DNA from: Thermodesulfobacteriota bacterium
Lineage (GTDB): Bacteria; Desulfobacterota; BSN033; UBA1163
Reading direction: 5' to 3'
Length of the DNA: 59,940 bases
Assembly: GCA_050014415.1 (NCBI GenBank)
Contig: JBEKDJ010000001.1
Span: forward strand, 1-59,940
Part shown: positions 20,866 to 30,505 of the stretch, in pieces
Layout of the letters: every line of letters starts with the position of its first letter
How positions within the stretch are numbered: position 1 is the stretch's first letter
Translations under genes and position numbers: made by a program
The notes under the pieces: generated by a model
What the model saw: only the letters and a program-made list of their open reading frames with translations
Told to the model about the DNA's origin: nothing
Database searches by the model: none

Positions 20866-23800
20866 ATGCAGCACTCTCCTTTCATTCATCTTCACGTCCA
20901 TAGCCAATATAGCTTGTTAGACGGGACGATTCGATTTGAAGAAGTCTTCAATCTAGCCAAGAAATATGGAATGGACGCCGTGGCACTGACCGATCACGGC
21001 AATATGTTTGGAGTGATCGAATTCTATCAGATGGCCATCAAGCACGGGGTTAAGCCGATTGTGGGATGCGAGGTCTATGTCGCTCCGGGAAGTCGGTTTG
21101 AAAAGAAGGCGATGGAGGGGACGGAGGGGACTTACCATTTGACCCTGCTGGCAAAGAATCGGACGGGCTACTTCAATCTCATTAAACTGGTCAGCCTCGC
21201 ATACCTTGAAGGATTTTATTATAAGCCCAGGGTGGACAAGGAACTATTAGCGAAATATAACGAAGGATTGATTGCCCTTAGTGGTTGTTTGAAGGGCGAG
21301 ATTCCATTTCATGCCAGCCGCGGGGAGATGAAAAAGGGACTTCAGTCGGCAGAGGAATATGCACGGATATTCGATCAGCGTCGTTTTTTTATTGAAATTC
21401 AGAAAAACGGGGTAGAAAACCAGTTGGTCTTGAACGACCGGCTTTTGGAAATTGGGCATCAACTCTCTCTTCCCGTCGTTGCAACCAATGACTGCCATTA
21501 CCTCCACCGAAAAGATGTCGAGGCCCACGAGGTTCTCCTTTGCATTCAGACGGGAAAGACGCTTCAAGACAGCAATCGGATGAAGTTTTCGTCGGATGAA
21601 TTCTATTTTAGGTCAGCCGAAGAGATGATTGAGCTTTTTGAGAAGGTTCCGGAGGCCATCACCCATACGATCGAGATCGCAGAACAATGTAACCTGGAGC
21701 TCAGATTCGAGGAGAGACATATTCCCAGGATTTCAGTTCCTGCGGGTGAATCCTTGGACAGCCATTTGGAGAGGCTTTCCCGAGAGGGATTGGAGAAAAG
21801 GTTGGCTGCCTTCAAGGAGAGAGGTGATTTCGAAAAACGTTCTGCCCCTTATAGGGCCCGCCTTGAGGAAGAACTGAGAATCATCAAGTCGATGGGATAT
21901 TCGGGCTATTTTTTGATTGTTGCCGATTTCATTCACTTCGCCAAGAATAGAAGAATCCCTGTGGGCCCGGGGAGAGGTTCAGCTGCGGGAAGCCTGGTCG
22001 CTTATGCCTTGAGTATTACGGACCTTGACCCGATTGAATACGATTTGATCTTTGAAAGATTCTTGAACCCTGGAAGAAAGAGCAGCATGCCTGACGTGGA
22101 TGTCGATTTCTGTATGGAAGGACGAGACGATGTCATCCGATATGTGATGGAGAAATACGGCAAAGAGAATGTTGCCCAAATCATCACCTTCGGCAAGATG
22201 CAGGCGAGAGCAGTCATCAGGGATGTGGGGCGTGTGATGGGCATCCCCTATGCGGAGGTGGATCGAATTGCGAAACTCATCCCCAACACATTGAATATTT
22301 CCCTCGACCAGGCATTGAAGCAGGAGCCAAGATTAGAAGAATGGGCAAAAAAAGACCCGAGAATGGAATCCTTGTTCAATATCGCAAGATCATTGGAGGG
22401 GTTGAGCCGTCATGCTTCTACCCATGCGGCCGGTGTGGTCATATCGAACAAATCCCTCACGGAACACCTTCCGCTCTATCGTGGACCGAACGGGGAGGTC
22501 ATGACTCAGTATCCCATGAAGGAGGTCGAAGCGATCGGATTGGTGAAATTCGACTTCCTGGGCTTAAAGACCCTCACCGTGGTCAACCATGCGACCCAGC
22601 TCATTGAAAAAAATCACGGAGTGAAGATTGAGCTTTCCCAGATGCCGTTAGACGATCCTAGGGTTTTTGCACTCCTCGGTTCAGGCTCAACCCTTGGAAT
22701 CTTTCAACTGGAAAGCTCTGGAATGAAGGATTTGTTGATCAAACTGAAGCCAGAGAATTTCAGAGAGATTATTGCACTGGTTGCCTTATATCGACCCGGT
22801 CCGCTGCGAAGTGGCATGGTGGACGAGTTTATCAAACGGAAGCACGGGAAGGAATCGATTCGGTATGATACCAAAGCTCTCGAAGAGATATTGAAGGATA
22901 CTTACGGCGTGATCATCTATCAAGAACAGGTGATGAGAATTGCGAGTTCGCTCGCAAATTTCAGCTTGGAAGATGCCGATATCCTCCGCAGGGCGATGTC
23001 CAAAAAGGATCCGAAAGAGATGGAGATGCAGAAAGAGAAATTCCTCGAGGGGTCACGAAAAAACCGGATCCCTCCCAGTAAGGCGGAGAAGATATTTGAT
23101 CAGATGTCCAAATTCGCAGAATATGGGTTTAATAAGTCTCACAGCGCTGCCTACGCACTCATCGCCTATCAAACAGCATTTTTGAAAGCTCGTTACCCGG
23201 TTGAATTCATGGCCGCTTTGCTTACCAGTGAAGTCCAGAATGCGGAAAAGATCGTAAAGTATATTGCAGAATGCCGGGAAATGGGTATCCCCATTCTACC
23301 GCCGGATATCAACGAGAGTTACAGAAATTTCACCGTGGTTGGAAATCAAATTCGATTCGGGCTTGCAGGGGTAAAGAACGTGGGAGATGCTGCCATCGAT
23401 ACGATCATCGCGGAGCGAGAAGAGAAGGGCAGATTTCAATCCCTTTTCGATTTTTGTAAAAGGGTCGATCTCAGAAGAGTGAATCGTCGGGTGGTTGAAA
23501 GTCTGATCAAGTGTGGCGCTTTCGACTTCTCAAAGGTCCATCGATCCCAGATGTTGACTGTCCTGGAGGACATTCTTGGGCGTTCCCAACGTAAGAGAGG
23601 AGAGGCTCAGCTGAGTATGCTGACACCCCTCTTGAAGGAAACGGAGCAAGGCTACCCCGAAATCGAGGAATTTCCGGAGAATCAAATGATTGCTTTCGAG
23701 AAAGAAACGATCGGTTTTTATATCTCGCGACATCCTTTGTCGCGCTATCAAGAGGAAATCAGGAAACATACGAATGAGGATACCTCTACGCTCGCAAGAC

Positions 23801-24309
23801 TGCGAAACGGTGAAGAAGTACAGATTTGTGGCCTCGTCAGCAGCTTGAAAGAGATCGTTACCAAGAAAGGAGATCGAATGGCCTTCTTGAGCCTGGAGGA
23901 TTTAAAGGGATTTGTGGAGATCATTCTTTTTCCGGAAGTCTTTAAGGCCGCCTTGCCCTATTTGAGGGGAGGAGATCCCATACTCGTTCGAGGCGTGCTC
24001 GATCTTTCCGACGAGCAGATAAAGGTAAAGGGCACGGAGGTTCGACCTCTTTTGGATTCATCATCTCCTTCGGCAAAAGTCCTCCATCTAAAGATCCCCC
24101 TCGCCTCATTAACGACGTCCCGGCTCGCAGATCTGAAAGAGATTATCGTCAGCCATAGTGGATTCCACAAAGTCCTCATCCATTTTGTCGATGAAGAACG
24201 CCGAGAAACGATTGTCGCCTTGTCCGACCGCTACACCGTCGATCCTTCGCCGAGGTTCCAAGATCACGTTAAGAATCTCTTGGATTCTCCTGCTCTCTCT
24301 TTTGAATAA
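20866..24309 (+). CDS. dnaE: DNA polymerase III alpha subunit
   Basis: 1147 aa. PHP domain (FIHLHVHSQYSLLDG), polymerase core (GPGRGSAAGSLV, DFLGLKTL), OB-fold C-terminus. Confidence 0.97.
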   Translation: MQHSPFIHLHVHSQYSLLDGTIRFEEVFNLAKKYGMDAVALTDHGNMFGVIEFYQMAIKHGVKPIVGCEVYVAPGSRFEKKAMEGTEGTYHLTLLAKNRTGYFNLIKLVSLAYLEGFYYKPRVDKELLAKYNEGLIALSGCLKGEIPFHASRGEMKKGLQSAEEYARIFDQRRFFIEIQKNGVENQLVLNDRLLEIGHQLSLPVVATNDCHYLHRKDVEAHEVLLCIQTGKTLQDSNRMKFSSDEFYFRSAEEMIELFEKVPEAITHTIEIAEQCNLELRFEERHIPRISVPAGESLDSHLERLSREGLEKRLAAFKERGDFEKRSAPYRARLEEELRIIKSMGYSGYFLIVADFIHFAKNRRIPVGPGRGSAAGSLVAYALSITDLDPIEYDLIFERFLNPGRKSSMPDVDVDFCMEGRDDVIRYVMEKYGKENVAQIITFGKMQARAVIRDVGRVMGIPYAEVDRIAKLIPNTLNISLDQALKQEPRLEEWAKKDPRMESLFNIARSLEGLSRHASTHAAGVVISNKSLTEHLPLYRGPNGEVMTQYPMKEVEAIGLVKFDFLGLKTLTVVNHATQLIEKNHGVKIELSQMPLDDPRVFALLGSGSTLGIFQLESSGMKDLLIKLKPENFREIIALVALYRPGPLRSGMVDEFIKRKHGKESIRYDTKALEEILKDTYGVIIYQEQVMRIASSLANFSLEDADILRRAMSKKDPKEMEMQKEKFLEGSRKNRIPPSKAEKIFDQMSKFAEYGFNKSHSAAYALIAYQTAFLKARYPVEFMAALLTSEVQNAEKIVKYIAECREMGIPILPPDINESYRNFTVVGNQIRFGLAGVKNVGDAAIDTIIAEREEKGRFQSLFDFCKRVDLRRVNRRVVESLIKCGAFDFSKVHRSQMLTVLEDILGRSQRKRGEAQLSMLTPLLKETEQGYPEIEEFPENQMIAFEKETIGFYISRHPLSRYQEEIRKHTNEDTSTLARLRNGEEVQICGLVSSLKEIVTKKGDRMAFLSLEDLKGFVEIILFPEVFKAALPYLRGGDPILVRGVLDLSDEQIKVKGTEVRPLLDSSSPSAKVLHLKIPLASLTTSRLADLKEIIVSHSGFHKVLIHFVDEERRETIVALSDRYTVDPSPRFQDHVKNLLDSPALSFE

Positions 24310-24331
24310 GAGGACTCAGATCGGTATTCCA

Positions 24332-26089
24332 ATGGGAGCAAAAATCCAAATCTTACCAGAGCAGATTTCCCAAGCCATTGCTGCAGGGGAGGTGATTGAA
24401 AGACCTGCCTCGGTGGTTAAGGAGTTGATGGAAAACGCGATTGATGCGGGAAGTTCGGAGATCATCGTTGAATTGGAAACCGGGGGGCTCCAACGGATCT
24501 GCATTTGCGACAATGGAGAAGGAATGGATCGCGAGGACGCCCCACTTGCCCTTCGACGATATGCCACCAGCAAAATCAGAAAAGTGGAAGACCTCTACGC
24601 GATTCACACTCTCGGGTTCAGAGGGGAGGCCCTACCCAGCATCGCTTCTGTTTCCCAAATGACCATGAAGACCCGGGTATCGCATTCTATGAGCGGAACG
24701 AAAGTTGTTTGTGAAGGGGGGGAGATAAAAAGTATCTCTGAAGTTGGCTGTCCCATTGGGACAGAAGTCGAGGTCAAGAATATCTTTTACAATCTTCCTG
24801 CGAGAAGAAAATTCTTAAAATCGATTCGGTCAGAGCTTCGCTACGCTTTAAATCATTTCTTCCGGTTGAGTCTTTTTCATCCTACGATTTCGTTCAAGTT
24901 CATTCATGACGGCCGAATGCTTCACGAGTTCCTCAGAACGGAATCCCCGATGGTTCGAATCGAAGCGGTTTTGGGAAGAGACGTGTATGATCATCTCCGG
25001 CCCTTCGAATTTGAAAATGGGGAGGTCAGGATTTCAGGGTTTGCCAGCTTGCCCACCTTTTCGAAGGGAAGCGCTGATGGCATCTATATCTATGTCAATC
25101 AACGATTTGTGAAAGACCGGATCGTGACAAAAGCCATCCTCGAAGCCTATCGCCATGTCATCCCATCAGGAAAATTTCCCATTGTTCTCTTGTGGATTAC
25201 GCTCCCTCCGTATGCCGTTGACGTGAATGTTCATCCGACGAAGGCGGAAATAAAGTTCAGAAATCCAGAAAGGGTTTTTCAGGCCGTCATCGGGACGCTT
25301 AGTTCTCTCTATGAACGAAGAGATTTGCTGGAACAACCATTCCAAGGGGAGGGGGAAGGAGTTCCTTACAAGGCCGTGAAAGATAGTCTACCTTCCGTGA
25401 AACCTAAATCCTACGCCATTCCTTTCCCCGGGATGAAATCGGGAGAGGAAGACGTTGCGCTCGTCAGAGAACCTCTCATCCCGGAATGGAAGGCAGAGGA
25501 GAAGATTCCCTTCCGTATTCTGGGACAGATCCAAGAGACCTATATCCTTTGCGAAGGAGAAAAAGGGCTGATCATTATTGATCAACATGCAGCCCATGAA
25601 CGAATCCTCTTTGAAACGTACAAGAAGAAATACGAAACGGAGTCTGTCCCTTGCCTCCGATTCCTGATTCCACATCTGGTAGAACTTTCCGTCGAAGAAT
25701 CTTTTAACTTAATGTCACATCTCGAAGACTTCCAAAAGATCGGATTTGAAATCGATCCGATGGGTGAAAAGGTCTATGCCATTCGATCTATCCCTTCCTG
25801 GGTCGATCAAAAGGACCCCAAGGAAATGGTCAGGACGATACTCGATGAACTTCCTTTCTTGGAGAGAGAGAAGAAAAGGGCAGAAACCATTCATACCATT
25901 TTAGTGACGCTGGCCTGCCATTCTGCCATAAGAGGCAATTTCATGTTGAGGAGAGAAGAAATGGAAGAGCTAGTGAGAAGTCTATCTCCCTATGGCTTGT
26001 CTACTACTTGCCCTCATGGTAGGCCTGTCTTTTTTGTCGTTTCTCGGGAAGAACTGGCTAAAGAATTTAAAAGGAAATCCTCCTTCTAA
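24332..26089 (+). CDS. mutL: DNA mismatch repair protein MutL
   Basis: IQILPEQISQAIAAGEVIERPASVVKELMENAIDAG (GHKL ATPase) and a C-terminal endonuclease-type region (DQHAAHERI). The true ATG is 24332; the track start at 24158 is a spurious extension overlapping dnaE. Confidence 0.95.
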   Translation: MGAKIQILPEQISQAIAAGEVIERPASVVKELMENAIDAGSSEIIVELETGGLQRICICDNGEGMDREDAPLALRRYATSKIRKVEDLYAIHTLGFRGEALPSIASVSQMTMKTRVSHSMSGTKVVCEGGEIKSISEVGCPIGTEVEVKNIFYNLPARRKFLKSIRSELRYALNHFFRLSLFHPTISFKFIHDGRMLHEFLRTESPMVRIEAVLGRDVYDHLRPFEFENGEVRISGFASLPTFSKGSADGIYIYVNQRFVKDRIVTKAILEAYRHVIPSGKFPIVLLWITLPPYAVDVNVHPTKAEIKFRNPERVFQAVIGTLSSLYERRDLLEQPFQGEGEGVPYKAVKDSLPSVKPKSYAIPFPGMKSGEEDVALVREPLIPEWKAEEKIPFRILGQIQETYILCEGEKGLIIIDQHAAHERILFETYKKKYETESVPCLRFLIPHLVELSVEESFNLMSHLEDFQKIGFEIDPMGEKVYAIRSIPSWVDQKDPKEMVRTILDELPFLEREKKRAETIHTILVTLACHSAIRGNFMLRREEMEELVRSLSPYGLSTTCPHGRPVFFVVSREELAKEFKRKSSF

Positions 26090-26123
26090 TTTCGACGTTA
26101 CCCTGCCGTTGTATCTCGTCCTA

Positions 26124-26152
26124 TTGACTTCGCGATAGGGAAGTCGTAATAA
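26124..26152 (+). promoter_or_regulatory. candidate sigma70 promoter upstream of the amidohydrolase gene
   Basis: TTGACT (26124-26129), 17-nt spacer, TAATAA (26147-26152). Hexamer match only. Confidence 0.3.
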
Positions 26153-26181
26153 AACCTGATTACCCTTTGCTGAAGTTTTTG

Positions 26182-27732
26182 ATGTGCGATCTGATTCTCT
26201 TTAATGCGAACGTGATGACGATGGATCCCGCTCTGCCCCGGGCAGAACTGGTTGCGATTAGGGACGGTACGATCGTTCAGGTGACGCAGAATGACCGACT
26301 TCGCTCACTGATAGAAAAGAACACCCAGACAATCGACTGCAGGGGCAGAACAATACTGCCTGGTTTTATTGACGCCCATTGCCATGTTCCGGCCTATGCC
26401 GAAAGTCTCGTCTCGCTCAACCTCTCACCCCGCGAACATGTCCTTTCCATCGCCGATATCCAAAACAGAATCCGCGACGTCTGCAACGACCGTGCGCAGG
26501 GAACCTGGATAAGAGGTAGGGGCTATAACGAATTCTATCTGGCTGAAAAGCGTCACCCGAACCGATGGGATCTGGATGCCGCCACCTCTGCCCACCCGAT
26601 CAAACTCACCCACCGATCGGGCCATGCCCACGTCCTCAACAGCCTCGCACTGAAATATGTAAGGATTACCGTAGAGACGGGAGATCCGCCCGGAGGGCTG
26701 ATCGATCGCGATCCGGAGACGGGGGAGCCTACAGGCATCCTCTATGGCATGGGAGATTATCTTGCACAAAAAATACCGCCCATCGATGACGCCGAGATAG
26801 AGCGGGGATTGACCCTCGCAAATCAGAAGCTTCTTTCCTACGGGATTACCTCCGTTCAGGATGCTTCAGCACATAATGATCTGCGGCAATGGAGGCGGTT
26901 TGAAGCATGGAAGGCGCAGGGAATCTTTAAACCCCGTGTGACCATGATGATGGGCATCGAGGGTTTCGAAGAATCGAAACGCCAATCGTATTCATCATGC
27001 GTCGAGGAAGGCCAGCTCGGGCTTGGGGGTGTGAAGATTATTGTCGATGAAGTCACAGGTAGCCTTCATCCAAGCCGGGAAGAACTGAATGAGAGGGTTC
27101 TGGCAATCCATGAAGCAGGGCTCCAGGCGGTCATCCATGCTGTGGAAGAACCTGTAATCGAGGCTGCCTGCAATGCAATCGAAAATGCCCTGCAAGCTCA
27201 GCCTCGACAGGATCACCGGCATCGTATCGAGCACGGTTCTGTCTGTCCTCCGCCCTTGTTGCAGCGACTTCGTGCTCTCGGGATTGTGGTTGTGACGCAA
27301 CCTACTTTCGTCTATTATAGCGGGGATCGATACTTGAAAACTGTGCCCGACCGTCAACGGCAATACCTTTACCCGATAGGCTCAATGCTGAAAAACGGTA
27401 TACTCGTCGGTTCGAGTTCCGACTTCCCTATCGCCGATCCGAACCCATTGGTAGGCATCTATGCTGCGGCTACCCGAAGAACTGAAGGCGGAAAGAGCCT
27501 CTTGCCCAGGGAGAAAACAGGGCGGGATGAGGCTCTGCAGATGTGCACGCGGCTCGCCGCAGTCACTAATTTCGAGGAAGGGATCAAGGGGTCGGTGAGT
27601 CCCGGCAGAGTGGCCGACCTTGTCATGGTGAGTGAAGATCCTCTCGTGGTTGACGCCGACACCATAAAGGATATCCAAGTCGAGATGACCATCCTAGGTG
27701 GCGAGATAGTCTGGAGTCGAACGAGCCAATAA
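26182..27732 (+). CDS. Amidohydro_3/YtcJ-like metal-dependent amidohydrolase
   Basis: About 516 aa. HxH metal motif (IDAHCHV), later His/Asp ligands (IHAVEE, HRIEHG, SSSDFP). The start is either TTG 26167 or ATG 26182. Confidence 0.8.
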   Translation: MCDLILFNANVMTMDPALPRAELVAIRDGTIVQVTQNDRLRSLIEKNTQTIDCRGRTILPGFIDAHCHVPAYAESLVSLNLSPREHVLSIADIQNRIRDVCNDRAQGTWIRGRGYNEFYLAEKRHPNRWDLDAATSAHPIKLTHRSGHAHVLNSLALKYVRITVETGDPPGGLIDRDPETGEPTGILYGMGDYLAQKIPPIDDAEIERGLTLANQKLLSYGITSVQDASAHNDLRQWRRFEAWKAQGIFKPRVTMMMGIEGFEESKRQSYSSCVEEGQLGLGGVKIIVDEVTGSLHPSREELNERVLAIHEAGLQAVIHAVEEPVIEAACNAIENALQAQPRQDHRHRIEHGSVCPPPLLQRLRALGIVVVTQPTFVYYSGDRYLKTVPDRQRQYLYPIGSMLKNGILVGSSSDFPIADPNPLVGIYAAATRRTEGGKSLLPREKTGRDEALQMCTRLAAVTNFEEGIKGSVSPGRVADLVMVSEDPLVVDADTIKDIQVEMTILGGEIVWSRTSQ

Positions 27733-27827
27733 CGAAAGGCTGACCGGCCGGAGCCTCACCTGAGGGCTAACGACCCGGCAGTGAAAGGACTATCCTCCTT
27801 CTGTCTGTCTTTGTCACGGTCACCTTA

Positions 27828-29024
27828 CTAACCGATAATTCCTTTTTTAATATAGGACCGGATCTCTGCCTCAGGAAGGCCCAGCAACTCCGCAAGAATA
27901 TAGTGGGTGCCCTCGCCCAACAGAGGCGCAGCTTTCCAGCCTTTTGCTTTCTGACTCCCGAACATCAGAGGAGATCGATCTGAACACGTTGTCCCGAGAA
28001 TCGGATGTTTGAGGGGAATGAAAAAATGTCGAGCCGCCAGCTGATCATCCCTTGCAAGATCTTCCGCATTCTGGAGCACGCCTGCTGCAATACCGGCCTT
28101 TTGAAGGCGATGAACGATCCGTTCGGCAGTATGATTGATTGTCCAACGACCGATTAGCTCGTCTAGCTCTGCCTGATTTTCCATTCTTTTTGCCAGCGAG
28201 GAAAACCTGTCGTCTCTCAGTTCGGGTTGTTCGGCGACTCGGCAGAATGCCTGCCACTCCTCTTCGTCATAGACAGCAATGACACACCATCTATCATCAC
28301 CGAGGCAGCGGTAGCAGCCGTACGGGGCAGCAAGGTTATATTCATCACATCTCTGTCTCCTAGCGTTTTTTTCCGGTTCCATGGCAGCGTCCATGAAGGC
28401 AGGGCCAAGGAGCGTGCACACCGCTTCATATGCGGAAAGATCGATATATTGGCCTTCGCCAGTCATATCTCTATGCTCCAGGGCAGCGAGGATGGCGAGC
28501 ACCCCATAGAGACCAACGATCGTGTCCCCATAAGCATGGCCCAGACAAATTGGTGCATCAAGTCCATACGACATCGCAGAGGTGAGGCCTGAAAGGGCGT
28601 GGAACGTGGGTCCGAAGCCGACAAAATCCTTCCAGGGACCCGTCTGACCCATAGCTGAAATACTGGCCATAATGAGATCCGGTTTCACCTCTCTCAACCG
28701 GTCATAGGTTAATCCCCAGTTGGTCATGACCCGAGGAGAGAAACTCTCAACGAGCACATCGCTGATCGCTGCAAGTTTCATTGCGATATCTCTTGCCTCG
28801 GGATGGCTCAGGTTGAGGGTGACGCTCCGTTTGTTTCGATTCCATGTGTTGAAATACCCTGTGTTATTCTGCTCTACACCCTGCGCCGTCTTTTTGGACT
28901 GGATTTTTATCACTTCGGCACCGAAATCTGCGAGGACCCGCGTCGTGTAGGGTCCAGCGAGCATCCAGGTGAAATCAAGCACTCGTATTCTTTTTAGAAT
29001 CGCTCTATCGGTATTAGAGTCCAT
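27828..29024 (-). CDS. family III (CaiB/BaiF) CoA-transferase, paralogue 1
   Basis: 398 aa. N-terminal Rossmann-like VLDFTWMLAGPYTTRVLADFGAEVIKIQ. The catalytic-Asp motif is present (AYGDTIVGLYGVLAILAAL). Confidence 0.85.
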   Translation of the reverse strand: MDSNTDRAILKRIRVLDFTWMLAGPYTTRVLADFGAEVIKIQSKKTAQGVEQNNTGYFNTWNRNKRSVTLNLSHPEARDIAMKLAAISDVLVESFSPRVMTNWGLTYDRLREVKPDLIMASISAMGQTGPWKDFVGFGPTFHALSGLTSAMSYGLDAPICLGHAYGDTIVGLYGVLAILAALEHRDMTGEGQYIDLSAYEAVCTLLGPAFMDAAMEPEKNARRQRCDEYNLAAPYGCYRCLGDDRWCVIAVYDEEEWQAFCRVAEQPELRDDRFSSLAKRMENQAELDELIGRWTINHTAERIVHRLQKAGIAAGVLQNAEDLARDDQLAARHFFIPLKHPILGTTCSDRSPLMFGSQKAKGWKAAPLLGEGTHYILAELLGLPEAEIRSYIKKGIIG

Positions 29025-30265
29025 TAAATCACCTTCATTTTGGCAAGTTCCTCGATCCTTCTTCGACCGACTCCCAGCTTCTCTAAGATTTGTCTAGTAT
29101 GTTCGCCTAGCAAGGGGGCGGCCTTGGACGAAGGGGGTGAAAAGGAGCTGAACTTGTAGGGAGGGCCAGGAAGGGAAATCGCCAGGCCGGCTCCAGGCAG
29201 TTCTGTCTCGACGAAAAATCTGCGGGCTGCAAGCTGCGGGCTTTTGAGAACCTCCTCGGGAGAATCTACGGGCGCCCAGGGAAGGCGCATAGCCTGGCCC
29301 AATTCAAACAGTTCGACTTTCGTGTGGTTCCTGGTCCACCGTCCCACCACTTCCATAATATGATCGAAGTGCTCTTCCCGGTAGATTTGCTGCTGCCAAT
29401 CCTCTTGGAATAGGTTGTCTGCTTTTCCCTCGGAGCTCATCAATTCTAATAGGGTCTCCCAGTTCTGCAGGATCGTGATCTGAATGTGGCCATCCTTGCA
29501 GGGAAGAATGCAGAAAAGGCTATTTCCGTAAACGTTGCCTTGCCTTCTGGCTATGGTTTTGTCATCGAAGTAGTCAACCATGATATGGTCCAGCGTGGAA
29601 GCGACTGCCTCCTGAGTCGAAAGGTCGATAGAGCATCCCTTTCCCGTTAGTTTCCGCTTCCTCAGAGCCAGAAGAACGGCGACGGCCCCAAACAGAGATG
29701 CCGCATAATATGATTGCTGGCCGGGGGGTTTAACGGGTGGACCCGACGGGATACCGGACACATACATCTGACCGCCAGAAGCAGAAGCGATACTATCACA
29801 TGAACGATAATGACGCTTCGGTCCTTTCTGGCCAAATCCAGTGATCGAGACATGGATCAGGCTGGGATTGATGTGGCGTAGGAGTCCAAAACTCAAACGG
29901 AGTGCACGAAGATGCCCGGGAGGAAAGGTCTCTATCAAAACATCGGCTTTCTTCACCAATTTGTGGAAAATCCTCCGGCCCGCCTTCTTGTCCAGATCAA
30001 GGGTGAGCCCAAGCTTGTTCGTGTTGTGGTAAGAAAAGAAGAGGCTGCTCCTACCTCCATCCGTCTTCACATCATAAAAGGGTCCCACCCTTCTCGAAGA
30101 ATCGCCTTCTGGTTTTTCAACTTTGATCACGCGGGCGCCGAGGTCGGCGAGAAGCTTGGAGCAGAAACCGCCTTGTTCATCCGCCAAATCAAGGACTAGT
30201 ATGTCCCCGATGAAGGCCCTTTTTTCACTTTTATCGTTGGGATAATTTGTATTTTGAGCATTCAT
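29024..30265 (-). CDS. family III CoA-transferase homologue lacking the catalytic Asp, paralogue 2
   Basis: 413 aa with the same fold signature (VLDLADEQGGFCSKLLADLGARVIKVE). At the position aligned with the catalytic Asp it reads QQSYYAASLFGAVAVLLAL (Tyr186). Its stop overlaps the start codon of paralogue 1 by 1 nt. Confidence 0.8.
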   Translation of the reverse strand: MNAQNTNYPNDKSEKRAFIGDILVLDLADEQGGFCSKLLADLGARVIKVEKPEGDSSRRVGPFYDVKTDGGRSSLFFSYHNTNKLGLTLDLDKKAGRRIFHKLVKKADVLIETFPPGHLRALRLSFGLLRHINPSLIHVSITGFGQKGPKRHYRSCDSIASASGGQMYVSGIPSGPPVKPPGQQSYYAASLFGAVAVLLALRKRKLTGKGCSIDLSTQEAVASTLDHIMVDYFDDKTIARRQGNVYGNSLFCILPCKDGHIQITILQNWETLLELMSSEGKADNLFQEDWQQQIYREEHFDHIMEVVGRWTRNHTKVELFELGQAMRLPWAPVDSPEEVLKSPQLAARRFFVETELPGAGLAISLPGPPYKFSSFSPPSSKAAPLLGEHTRQILEKLGVGRRRIEELAKMKVI

Positions 30266-30488
30266 GCTTGGTACAGATTTCGTGGTTCCAACTTGGAATT
30301 TGCTCTACTCAGACCCATGCTTGCATCAGTGTTAGAAGAAAATTTCTAGACTCGACCATGTAAGAATCTAACATAACGAAAGTGAATTTGTACACAGAAA
30401 GACCGAGCGATTTCGGCTTTCGAATTAGATGCCCTTTAAGGGGGTGTATGAAGTGCTCAATTATTCCTGTCTAATATCTTTTCTTTTT

Positions 30489-30497
30489 TGTTATAAT
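30489..30497 (+). promoter_or_regulatory. extended -10 element (TGtTATAAT) immediately upstream of the MFS gene
   Basis: TGTTATAAT at 30489-30497, only 8 nt before ATG 30506. No Shine-Dalgarno sequence in between. Confidence 0.35.
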
Positions 30498-30505
30498 AGT
30501 CTCCT

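Noticed and set aside
24158-24331. Upstream extension of mutL given by the ORF track
   Set aside because: The extension overlaps the 3' end of dnaE and is not MutL-like. The canonical MutL N-terminus (MGAKIQILPEQI...) starts at ATG 24332.
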